A stretch of 59,076 nucleotides of DNA from a virus (lineage: Duplodnaviria; Caudoviricetes), in the IMG/VR virus record IMGVR_UViG_3300043353_000061, positions 1 through 59,076 of that record, one strand, 5' to 3'. Positions 46,658 through 55,360 of this stretch are shown here, one piece after another (the stretch's first letter is position 1; each line of letters begins with the position of its first letter). The notes beneath the pieces are model-generated. The model made no database searches. It worked only from the letters and a program-made list of their open reading frames with translations, and was not told the origin of the DNA. Both the position numbers and the translations under genes were made by a program.

Positions 46658-48037
46658 TCACTCGCCCTTGAGTTCGGCGTAGGCCGCGGCGATGGTCTGC
46701 AGGGCCGCCAGTTCGTCCTTGTCCACCAGCGTTTGCCCCGGCGGGATGACTTTGGCCTTGCGAACGAGGGCCGCGGGGTACGGGTTGCCGCTGGCCTTCA
46801 CCAGCCGGTCGGGGCGCCACTGGATGCCGTCGAACGCCTGGGACTTCATCACGCCCGTGTCGTCGTCCGTCTCGACGGGTTCGGGTTCCGCGTCCGGGGC
46901 TTCCTCGGCCATCTCTTCGCCCCCCTGGCTCGCGGCCACCTTCTCGGCGGCGGCCTTCGCCTTGGCGGCGACCGCACGCCCGGCCTCGCACAGCTTGGCC
47001 AGGTCTTTCAGCCCTTGCGGGTGCTCGCCCGACTCGCCCATCTGCTCGGCCGCCGCGCAGGCGTCCTCGATCCCCTGTGCGAGCTGGAACAGGCTGGCCG
47101 GGGTCGGCTTCATGTCGGGGGCGGTGGGGGCGGCGTCTTCGGGGGGCGGGGTATCGACCGGAGCGGCATCGACGGGCGGGGTCACGTCAGCCCCCGGCTC
47201 GTCGTCGTACATGCCCGCTTTGTTCACCCGCTTGGGGGCCGTCTTGGTCATGGTGGCTCCTCGGCCGGTGACGCGGTTGTTGGGCTTGAGGTTCAGCACG
47301 TCGGCGAGCGGCCGGGCCGCCTTGCGGATGATGTCGGACGTGGTCGCGGTGTCGCAGAGTCGCAGCGCCTTCTCGGCGCGTGCCATGACCTCGTCTGACG
47401 CTTGCACGTACCCGGCGAACTTGTTCACCGGCAGCTCGCAGGCGGCGGCGTAGCCGATGGCCCGCGACTTGATGAAGTGGAAGGCGTCGCGGTTTTTCAG
47501 CAGTTCGGATTTGCCGAGCGACTTGTACCACCCGCTCACCGGCTGGAACTCGAAGCTCACGCCGGAGAAGACCGAAGGGACCAGCGGGGCCAGTTCCTGG
47601 CTCAGCCGGTAGCACTCGTCCGCGTCGTAGGTGCCGTCGAGTTTCCCCGTCGCCGGGTCATACTTCCGCAGGGTGTGGTTCTCGGCGTCGGCGTAGCTCT
47701 TGAAGAACGTGGTCACGCCGAACGGCAGGGCGATCTCGCCGAGCGTGTCGTCCGGCTGCCCCGCCTTGTTCAGCCGGGGCACCACCTTGTATTCCACTTC
47801 CGCGGTGCCAATGGGCTGGCGGTGCTCGAAGTTGACCAGCCGCTCGTGGACGCTCTCGAAGTCGCTCCAGTCGATGCCGGCCGGGTCAACGCGGTCCCCT
47901 TGCAGGTCCGGTTCGGGGTAGGTGATGAGCGCTTCGGGGGTCGTCCCACTGCCCGCCGCGCTCTTCGTGACGCGGTCGCCCGGCCAGCGGTGGAACGCTG
48001 GCATCGGGGATGCGAACACGCGGCGGGGCAGGTCCAT
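46658..48037 (-). CDS. Prohead protease with acidic scaffold-like C-terminus
   Basis: DLQGDRV, NFEH..PIG, SGVSFEF, PVN. Confidence 0.75.
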   Translation of the reverse strand: MDLPRRVFASPMPAFHRWPGDRVTKSAAGSGTTPEALITYPEPDLQGDRVDPAGIDWSDFESVHERLVNFEHRQPIGTAEVEYKVVPRLNKAGQPDDTLGEIALPFGVTTFFKSYADAENHTLRKYDPATGKLDGTYDADECYRLSQELAPLVPSVFSGVSFEFQPVSGWYKSLGKSELLKNRDAFHFIKSRAIGYAAACELPVNKFAGYVQASDEVMARAEKALRLCDTATTSDIIRKAARPLADVLNLKPNNRVTGRGATMTKTAPKRVNKAGMYDDEPGADVTPPVDAAPVDTPPPEDAAPTAPDMKPTPASLFQLAQGIEDACAAAEQMGESGEHPQGLKDLAKLCEAGRAVAAKAKAAAEKVAASQGGEEMAEEAPDAEPEPVETDDDTGVMKSQAFDGIQWRPDRLVKASGNPYPAALVRKAKVIPPGQTLVDKDELAALQTIAAAYAELKGE

Positions 48038-48058
48038 GACGGGAGTTTCCCCGCCGCG

Positions 48059-48071
48059 GGGGAACCGGCGT
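48059..48071 (-). promoter_or_regulatory. Late-promoter motif (protease-capsid operon)
   Basis: Exact copy, N9-GAAACT-N6-ATG. Confidence 0.8.
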
Positions 48072-48838
48072 CAGGACGTGGGGGCTGGGAGTTGGGACGC
48101 GGGCTGAGACTTGGCCCAGAGGAGGGCGGCGACGGAGACGAGATGGTCGGCCCTTCCCAGTGACGCGAACTCGACGAAATCGAAGTTGTCGCGGTCGGTC
48201 CGAACCGTGTCGAGCAATGGCCACAGCGGCCCGACGGACTCGCGGCTTATCCGGTGCCACCGACCGCCGCTCACCGCACCCGACAGCACCACCTCCCACA
48301 CCGGGTGAGCCGCCACGATTGCCGGGCCGTGGGCGAGCACTTCCCACCCGCTCGCGTCGCAGACGGGGCAGTCCGGCACGCCACTGCGGGGGTAGCCGAA
48401 GTAACCGCCCTCACAGTGGCGGCATTTCACACCGCACCAGACGCCCAGAGGGCAGCGCACTTCGTGAATGAACCCGCGATCAGTCAGGCCGGTTGCGATG
48501 GGGGTTAGGACACCCCGTGAGTCGCCTTCGCCGTACCACTGCAACACGCGATCGGCGGAGTACGCCGGGTGGCCGAGGCCGGGGATGTGAAACCACTCCC
48601 GTGCCCCGCCAAAGAACAGGTCGCGCATCCGGGCGACTTGAGCGTTCCATCGGTCGCTCCCGACGGGAATGCCGGCCCTATTCGCTCGGTCGTTGTTGGA
48701 CAACTCGCACTGGATTCGGATCAGTTCCGCCCGCTCCACTTCCCCGTTCTCCTCGAAGTGGTCGGCCAGCACCAACCGGGGCAGGTCGTCATCGGGCGAT
48801 GCGAGGACGGCTTGCAGCAGTGCTTGACGGGTGTCCAT
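48071..48838 (-). CDS. TIGR02996 domain protein with zinc finger insert (second copy)
   Basis: ALLQAVLASPDDDLPRLVLADHFEENG..AELIRIQCE; RGF; CRHCEG/CPVC; TACACT 7 nt before the ATG. Confidence 0.85.
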   Translation of the reverse strand: MDTRQALLQAVLASPDDDLPRLVLADHFEENGEVERAELIRIQCELSNNDRANRAGIPVGSDRWNAQVARMRDLFFGGAREWFHIPGLGHPAYSADRVLQWYGEGDSRGVLTPIATGLTDRGFIHEVRCPLGVWCGVKCRHCEGGYFGYPRSGVPDCPVCDASGWEVLAHGPAIVAAHPVWEVVLSGAVSGGRWHRISRESVGPLWPLLDTVRTDRDNFDFVEFASLGRADHLVSVAALLWAKSQPASQLPAPTS

Positions 48839-48946
48839 AGCCCGAAGTGTACACGGCACTTGAAGTGGTGCTATAATTCGGGGCCGGTGGGTGCTACCAA
48901 CACACCACCGGCCCCTGAACACACCCAACCTTCTGAGAGGCCGGGC

Positions 48947-49477
48947 ATGTCTGAAGAACAGTCTACCGTCGAATACCGAGAGGTCGCCGGATTCCCGATG
49001 TATCGAGTCGGGAGGGACGGGAGCGTGTGGAGCCGTTGGCGTGCTAAACGATCCGGTGTCTCTCCGGATGCGGGGTGGGGCAGGCTAAAGCCAATTCGTC
49101 TCAGCAGTGGGCATTTCGTTGTCCGGTTGGGCAGGAAGAACCCCCGGTATGTTCATCGCCTTGTTCTGGAAGCGTTCACAGGCCGATGCCCAGAAGGTAT
49201 GGAGTGCTGCCATAACGACGGAGACCACGCGAATAACGCCGCAGTGAACCTGAGATGGGACACACGAAAATCGAACATCCATGACCAAATCAAGCACGGG
49301 GTGTTCGCCCGTGGGCAGGCGATGGCGAATGCAAAACTCAAGCCGGATTCAGTGCTTGCGATCCGTAAGGAGCGATCCGAACTTGGGATTCGCTACAAGG
49401 AATTGGCGCGCAAGTATGGCGTGAGTGAGAACCAAATCTATTTGGTGGTGAAAAGAAAGGCGTGGCGCCACATCTGA
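48947..49477 (+). CDS. NUMOD4-HNH homing endonuclease
   Basis: YRVGRDGSVWS, VHRLVLEAF, CCHNDG..N..NLRW; TGcTATAAT promoter at 48869-48877. Confidence 0.88.
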   Translation: MSEEQSTVEYREVAGFPMYRVGRDGSVWSRWRAKRSGVSPDAGWGRLKPIRLSSGHFVVRLGRKNPRYVHRLVLEAFTGRCPEGMECCHNDGDHANNAAVNLRWDTRKSNIHDQIKHGVFARGQAMANAKLKPDSVLAIRKERSELGIRYKELARKYGVSENQIYLVVKRKAWRHI

Positions 49478-49726
49478 CTCCACCCCACCCACAAACGCAA
49501 CAAGCCCCGGCGGTCCGGGGCTGAGGTGCGGGGTGGTGTTAGGGGGTGGTGTTTCTTCCTCCCCACCCGACTCGCCTCTCTCGGCCTGCTCCACCATCAC
49601 CCGTAAATGCTCCGGGTCGTGGTGCAGGTCCAGCAACTCGTCGGCGGTGTCGTCGTCCCCTTCGGCCCGCGCGATCAGCGTGGCGAGGACGGCGGGGGTC
49701 CAGGGTGAAGCGGTGGTGTCGGGCAT
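49349..49726 (-). CDS. Small acidic protein; 3' end overlaps HNH and is doubtful
   Basis: GGAG RBS, first ~60 aa look coding. Confidence 0.4.
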   Translation of the reverse strand: MPDTTASPWTPAVLATLIARAEGDDDTADELLDLHHDPEHLRVMVEQAERGESGGEEETPPPNTTPHLSPGPPGLVAFVGGVESDVAPRLSFHHQIDLVLTHAILARQFLVANPKFGSLLTDRKH

Positions 49727-49730
49727 TGGG

Positions 49731-52700
49731 TCAGGCTCCGGTGGGTTTCATCTGGCCCTTGCGGTTCTTCTTGTGCTCCCCGCCCGCCCTGCCGTCCACC
49801 TTCACGAAGTGGAACTCGCCCGCACCCGACGGGTGGAGCGTGTGGCTCCGCAACACGTCGTCCGGGTGGTGGTCTTGAGGCATATCGACCCGGTTCAGGT
49901 TCACCTTGGCTTTGGCGTTCAGGGCCAGCAGTTTCTCTTTGAACTCCGGCAGAGTCAGTTCGGGGTGCGACTTCTTCAGGTCGTCGTACACGTCGGAGAT
50001 GAACGCCTTGTTCGGACCGCTGCCGTACTCGGCGGTTCGTGCCGCCTCGTTCACCTTCGCGGCGATTTCGTCGTCGGTGTGGGACAGAAGAGTTTTGGCG
50101 GGTGTCATCGGCTTGCCTCCCGTGGCAGGTGCGGGAGTTTTGCCGGCGGGCGTCGGCTTGTCAATGTTCGTAGCCCCCACCTTCGCCTTGCCCAGCACAT
50201 ACTCCCCGCCCTTCCCTTCCACAATCCTGTGCCCGTGGCTCCGCACCGTGACGGGGGCACCCGTGGAGACGGAACTATCGCTCTCGTGGTGAACCGGGTT
50301 GAAGGGCACAGTTGACCCCACCTCGCCAATCCTCTCGGCTCCGACGTGCTCACCAGTCAGCAGCGAATCGGCGATCTCGGCGGCGTCGTGCTTCCCAAGT
50401 CTCACGGCGTCCCGGTGGGCGCTCTGTAGCCGGCGGGCGACGAGCCTACGGTGGTCACGATCACTCAGCCCTTCCTCAGCCCCGCTCACGTTGCCGAGTG
50501 CCACTTCCGCTGCGGACGTATCCTTGCCCGCTGCCTGGTGCTTGCCCACTTCCGCCGCGAGGGCTTGCGAGCGGGGGTGGGCGAAGGACAGGGACTCGCC
50601 GTCGGCGGTGGTCAGGGTGTGGGCGGGGGGCGGGGTGGGCGAAGACTCAGCCACCTTCCGTGCGTGTGCCGTCCCCTCGTTCTCGCTCTCCCCGTTGCCA
50701 CCCGGCCCCTTGCCGCCGCCGGTCAGGATCGGCGTGGCGTCCGGGTTCTTCCGCCGGCCCCACGCGGCCGACAGCTCGGCCCGCCGCGCCTTCTCGGCCG
50801 GCGTGAGCGAGCGGAACGGCTTGCGGTTGAGGGACGCCAGTTCGGCGTCGTCCGGGTGGGCCTGCGGCCCATCTGAGGTGGCTACTCCGCTTCCTGCTCC
50901 GTCGCTGGCGAGGTTGGCGATGGGATCGGCTGAGTGCGCACTTCCAGAATCCACCCCGACGGAAGGCTGATTGACGTTTTTTGTTCGTCCTGAATCAACG
51001 GTAGCGTCGCCGGCTGTTGATCCGTTTGGTTTTGCAAGTCCGAACTCCTGAAAGACTTGGTAAGACTCGGGGAACTTCTGTTTTAGTGTGTCTTCGTCTA
51101 CCGCTCCCGTCCACAGACACATACCGAACTCAGCGAACCCCTCGAACGTAGACGCCGCCCCCAAATTCGACAGCCCGCCGCCTGCCATCTCTTTTTCCCA
51201 CGCTTGCCTCCATTCTTCCGTATTACTGAATGAGAAGCTGTCACCGTCAATGACGTGAGCATATTCGTGGGCGTGGTTTTGTGCGAGGCGCTTTGGGTTC
51301 GTCTCCTTGCCTACAACCACCTCGCCGGTTTGACGGTTGTAAGCTGCTGGAACTGTCGCCCCCATCTGCTTCAGTCGCTTCAAACTCTCCTGCTCAGGGT
51401 GTTCTTTAATGAACTGATCCAAGAGATCACGTTCGTTGGACACCGTCAATTTAGATAGGTTTTTGGACAACAAGCCCGCAGCCTTATCCGACATCCGCGA
51501 ACACGCCGTCGCGGCCGCTTTTTTGTGGTCGTATTGATATCCTCTGGGAACGTCTGACGCATCGATATCGGCTACGAGACGGGCTTTTAATGCCTCCGTC
51601 ACCCCCTCCACCTTCTCCCCCGGCCCGACCCCCCGCTTCGGGAACTCATCCCGCGAAGCCTCAGGCTTGCCACCAGTGCCCCCCGCCGCCTGCCCCCACG
51701 CCCCGTACTGACCGCTCACCTTGTTCCCCGCCCGTTGCAGCGCATCCCCGACCCCGTGCCCCTTCTCCCGCCCGGCCTTGATCGCGTCCACGAGCCGTTG
51801 GGCGACGTCCATCTGTAGCCCGCTCACCTTCTGACCCAGCACCCGCAACAGCCCCTTCGCCTCCTCTTTGTTGAGTGCGTGGACGTGGGCGATCAGGTTC
51901 TTGGCCTGTTCCGGGTTGAGCTTGTTCGGGTCCGAAACAGCCATTGCCACGATGGTGTGGCTCTCGTGCTTCTGCTCGGCGGTCAACTCCTTGGCGCCGC
52001 CCTGGTGCGTCTGCACCCCCTCATCCGCCGCTTGGCCCGCCGACTGCCCCCGGTGCGTCTCGCCCTCCGCCGGCTTCACCCACACCACCTGCCGATTCCC
52101 AAGCCGGTTCGTGATGACCTTCCGCACGAGGTGACTTCGATCGCCCTTCGTCACCCGCTCCAGCTCCCACTCGTCTTCCACGTCCTGCAACAGTCGCTCA
52201 TACTCGTCGGGGTCGAACGCCTTCACCCACCGCAGCACGTCGCCCAGCCCTTCCGCCTCTGCTTCCGCCTCCAGCCGCTCTTCCGCTTCATCCGGCACCT
52301 CCTCCAACATCGTCGCAATCGGGTCGTCCAACTCCATCACAGCCGCCTTCACGACTCTCCAATTGCTCCATTCTGATACACAGGCTTCCAGTGCGTACAG
52401 GAACGCGCTGGCGGCGTCTTCTCTCGCCAACGACTTGACCCGCCGTGCCACGGGGATCGCCAGCCTACGGGCCACTGGGAGCGGTTCCAGGCGCCGTGCG
52501 GTCGGCAGGCGCTGGGCGACGGGGAGTTCGCGGGCAATCTGGGGGGCGATGGGGGTGGCGCGACGGCGTGCGATTGGCACAGCCGGCCTTGCCGCTACGA
52601 CCGTTGCCATCCGTCGTTTCAGCACCACCGCGACCTGTTGAAGTTCCTGCGGGTTGAGGGCACTCAGGGCGTCAATCAGGGCCGGCAGCTTCTCCGGCGT

Positions 52701-53327
52701 GATGGTCTCGGGCTGCGTCACCGCTTCGGCCACGGCTTGCCGCTTCTCGGGGACCGACGCCCCGAAGACGGCATCGAGGTCCGGGTTGTGCCGCAGGTTG
52801 GAATCGTCGGGGGGCGGGGGTGACGCACTTGGTGCCCCGAACGCCGCGTCGAGGTCGGGATTGTGGCGGGGGTCAGTAGACGGTGCCGACGCCGGCCGTG
52901 CGGTCTGCTCGGCCTCCGGCGCTCGTGTCAACTGCACCACCTTCTCCCGTGCCGCCTTGACCTTCGCATCGGCCTCTTTCAGTTTCGCTTGTAGCCCCTG
53001 GAGCTTCTCGTGGTTCTCTTTGGCCGCAATCGCTTGTTCCAATTGCCCCCGGATGGCTTCCACTTCGGCCTTGGCCTTCTTCGTCTCCTTGCGGAAGTGC
53101 CGGTCGTCGCTGTCGCGGTCGTCGCGGTTGCCGTAGGTCACGCCGGGGGCGACCCGCGACTGGTGCCGGCCGTCGTTGGGCCGGACCCATCGGTGCTTCT
53201 GCTTGTCGAAGACGAGGCCGGGGCGGGGTGGCGTGCCCTGGGCCTTGAGGAACGCCAGCCCGACCTCGGCGAGCGTGCGGGTGCGGACGTCCTCGAGGGC
53301 TTTGCGGATGTGGTCGGAGACGGTCAC
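49731..53327 (-). CDS. Large multidomain head-associated protein with zincin (HEYAH) domain
   Basis: Between portal and protease; HAHEYAHVID..EGFAE; GrpE-like FNPVHHE segment; start 53327 or 53420. Confidence 0.78.
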   Translation of the reverse strand: MTVSDHIRKALEDVRTRTLAEVGLAFLKAQGTPPRPGLVFDKQKHRWVRPNDGRHQSRVAPGVTYGNRDDRDSDDRHFRKETKKAKAEVEAIRGQLEQAIAAKENHEKLQGLQAKLKEADAKVKAAREKVVQLTRAPEAEQTARPASAPSTDPRHNPDLDAAFGAPSASPPPPDDSNLRHNPDLDAVFGASVPEKRQAVAEAVTQPETITPEKLPALIDALSALNPQELQQVAVVLKRRMATVVAARPAVPIARRRATPIAPQIARELPVAQRLPTARRLEPLPVARRLAIPVARRVKSLAREDAASAFLYALEACVSEWSNWRVVKAAVMELDDPIATMLEEVPDEAEERLEAEAEAEGLGDVLRWVKAFDPDEYERLLQDVEDEWELERVTKGDRSHLVRKVITNRLGNRQVVWVKPAEGETHRGQSAGQAADEGVQTHQGGAKELTAEQKHESHTIVAMAVSDPNKLNPEQAKNLIAHVHALNKEEAKGLLRVLGQKVSGLQMDVAQRLVDAIKAGREKGHGVGDALQRAGNKVSGQYGAWGQAAGGTGGKPEASRDEFPKRGVGPGEKVEGVTEALKARLVADIDASDVPRGYQYDHKKAAATACSRMSDKAAGLLSKNLSKLTVSNERDLLDQFIKEHPEQESLKRLKQMGATVPAAYNRQTGEVVVGKETNPKRLAQNHAHEYAHVIDGDSFSFSNTEEWRQAWEKEMAGGGLSNLGAASTFEGFAEFGMCLWTGAVDEDTLKQKFPESYQVFQEFGLAKPNGSTAGDATVDSGRTKNVNQPSVGVDSGSAHSADPIANLASDGAGSGVATSDGPQAHPDDAELASLNRKPFRSLTPAEKARRAELSAAWGRRKNPDATPILTGGGKGPGGNGESENEGTAHARKVAESSPTPPPAHTLTTADGESLSFAHPRSQALAAEVGKHQAAGKDTSAAEVALGNVSGAEEGLSDRDHRRLVARRLQSAHRDAVRLGKHDAAEIADSLLTGEHVGAERIGEVGSTVPFNPVHHESDSSVSTGAPVTVRSHGHRIVEGKGGEYVLGKAKVGATNIDKPTPAGKTPAPATGGKPMTPAKTLLSHTDDEIAAKVNEAARTAEYGSGPNKAFISDVYDDLKKSHPELTLPEFKEKLLALNAKAKVNLNRVDMPQDHHPDDVLRSHTLHPSGAGEFHFVKVDGRAGGEHKKNRKGQMKPTGA

Positions 53328-53331
53328 GGGG

Positions 53332-53613
53332 TCACTCCGCCGGTTCGTAGATGGCCGCGAAGATATCCGGCTTGCACGGGTAACATCCGCGGCCGTCTGG
53401 CTCGGCAATGACCCAGTCACCGGGAGCCACCGGCGTCTTGTGCCCGTGGGCCGTGACGCAGAACGCCTCGCACTTTTGGTTCGTCCCGCTGGCGTCCGGC
53501 TCGCTCCACTCGAACACCAGCGGGAGAATGTCGTTGTTGATGAATCGGTGGTTGTCGCCGCCGTCGCGGTACTGCATGGCTTCGACCACCACCGGCTTCT
53601 TGCGAAACTTCAT
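53332..53613 (-). CDS. Conserved phage protein (PGDYG-like)
   Basis: MKFRKKPVVVEA..PGDWVI..YPCKPDIF..YE. Confidence 0.8.
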   Translation of the reverse strand: MKFRKKPVVVEAMQYRDGGDNHRFINNDILPLVFEWSEPDASGTNQKCEAFCVTAHGHKTPVAPGDWVIAEPDGRGCYPCKPDIFAAIYEPAE

Positions 53614-55157
53614 ACCTTGCACACCTCCTCAACCAGCCCCGCGAAGTAATCACTCAGAGACTTTTGCACCTTGCCCGGTAGCGAGCCGGCGGACGCATCA
53701 CCCACGTCCGGCCCTTCCAAATCCCCCGGCGCGAACGGCTCGGCGTTCGGGTTGCCGCCGAGGAGTGCGGCCAGTGGGTCGGCGGGCGCTCCGGGTTGAG
53801 GTCCGCCCGGCATCCCGCCCGGTTGCGGGCTTTGCTTCTGCTGCATCGTCGCCGAGAACTCCGCGGGCGTCACGTCCCCCCACTCCACCGGCTTCATGTC
53901 CACCGAAGCGCGAATTTCATTAATCGTGTAGGTGTTCGCACTTGTGGCCCCCGTGAGCATTGCCCACTGCCGCTCTTTCTGGTCCGGGTCCATGAGCGGG
54001 GCGAGCTTGATTTCGACGCGGTAGTCAGGCCCCCAGTGCGGCAGGATCAAGTCCTTCGTCCACCGCTGCCCGATGCTGTTGGCCTCGCCGCCGAGAGAAC
54101 CCTCACGCCACGCACGGGCCGAAGCGTAAAAGCCTGAGTAGTCCGAATCCGCGAGATAAGCGCACACCGCCGGCACGCCGAACAGGGCCAGCACCGCCGC
54201 CGTGCCCTTCTCGTAGTTCTCCCCGAACGCCATTTTGTCCGGGGTGGAGCCGAGCATCTTCACATCGACACTTTCCCCATCCCCGACGAGGAACCGCTGC
54301 CCGCGGTTGGCCCCGACGAACTTCTCGGCAATCCGCTTGTCCATCTGCTCGAGCTGGTCCGGGCTGGCGCCCGCCATCGCAATCACGGCATCGAGACTCA
54401 GCCCCTTGTCCATCGCACCCTTGATCGCATCGATGGTGCCATTGAGCATGTCCACGAGCTTGTTCCCGCCGGTCAGCGGGCTGTGGCTGTCCCACGGGAA
54501 GATCGGGTGGGGTCGCTTGTGGAGGACCAATCTCTCCCTGGGGATAATCATCGTCCCGCCCGCGTTCCAGCCCAGGAACGGCCCGGTCGAGGTGTACTGG
54601 TACGCGCCACGCGGGTAGTCGGGCGACAGGCCGACGGTGGCGCTCAGGTAGTTCTTGCGGAGGTTCCAGAGTTCCGCCGGCTTGCGGTCGCCCTTGCCGG
54701 GATACCACATCACCGTGCCTTGCCCGAACAGGCAGCGGCACAGGGTGTATTCGGCCAGGAAGTCGGAGGCGGTGTCCTTCTCGTTCGGGTTGGCGAACAG
54801 CCGGCTAATCGGGTGGTCGTGTTCGACCGGCGTCCACTCGGATTCTCGACTGCCGGCGGCGCTGGACGCCTGAGACTTGCTGACCCGTCCCTTCTGCCGC
54901 TGGAGAACAACCACCTCGGCACCGGCCATCGCCGTCATCACCGTGTTCACCGCGATGTACACGGCGCTGTGAAAGCTCCGCGCCATCTGGTGCGCGTCGT
55001 CGGTCCACTGCGCGGGCGGGTCGCGCCGCCGCATCTCGGAGACGCGGAGGAGTTGCTGCCGGTCGGCCGGGGTGCCGGGGTCGTCCCGGAGTGCGGGCAG
55101 ACCGTAGGCGTTGCGGTTGCCGAGGCTGTCCACGGTCACGGTGGGAAGTGCGGCCAT
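53610..55157 (-). CDS. Portal protein
   Basis: HPISRLFANPN, LFGVP, TINEIRA. Confidence 0.9.
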   Translation of the reverse strand: MAALPTVTVDSLGNRNAYGLPALRDDPGTPADRQQLLRVSEMRRRDPPAQWTDDAHQMARSFHSAVYIAVNTVMTAMAGAEVVVLQRQKGRVSKSQASSAAGSRESEWTPVEHDHPISRLFANPNEKDTASDFLAEYTLCRCLFGQGTVMWYPGKGDRKPAELWNLRKNYLSATVGLSPDYPRGAYQYTSTGPFLGWNAGGTMIIPRERLVLHKRPHPIFPWDSHSPLTGGNKLVDMLNGTIDAIKGAMDKGLSLDAVIAMAGASPDQLEQMDKRIAEKFVGANRGQRFLVGDGESVDVKMLGSTPDKMAFGENYEKGTAAVLALFGVPAVCAYLADSDYSGFYASARAWREGSLGGEANSIGQRWTKDLILPHWGPDYRVEIKLAPLMDPDQKERQWAMLTGATSANTYTINEIRASVDMKPVEWGDVTPAEFSATMQQKQSPQPGGMPGGPQPGAPADPLAALLGGNPNAEPFAPGDLEGPDVGDASAGSLPGKVQKSLSDYFAGLVEEVCKV

Positions 55158-55178
55158 AGCCGTATGGTGGCATGGCGT

Positions 55179-55191
55179 GGGGAACCGGCGT
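55179..55191 (-). promoter_or_regulatory. Late-promoter motif (portal)
   Basis: Exact copy, N9-CACCAT-N6-ATG. Confidence 0.8.
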
Positions 55192-55358
55192 CAGTCGGAC
55201 GTGATGACGGTGGGGGTGTCGGCAACGGGTTCGAGCGGGGGGAGGCCGAATGCCGCCCGGATCTCGTCCGACGTGAACGGGAAGATCGAAGGCGCTGACT
55301 GCCCGCCCTCCTCTTCCACCACCTTCGGGCACCCGTTCACCACCTTGATTGCCTTCAT
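55191..55358 (-). CDS. Small protein resembling a portal C-terminal fragment
   Basis: FTSDEIRAAFGLPPLE. Confidence 0.4.
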   Translation of the reverse strand: MKAIKVVNGCPKVVEEEGGQSAPSIFPFTSDEIRAAFGLPPLEPVADTPTVITSD

Positions 55359-55360
55359 GG

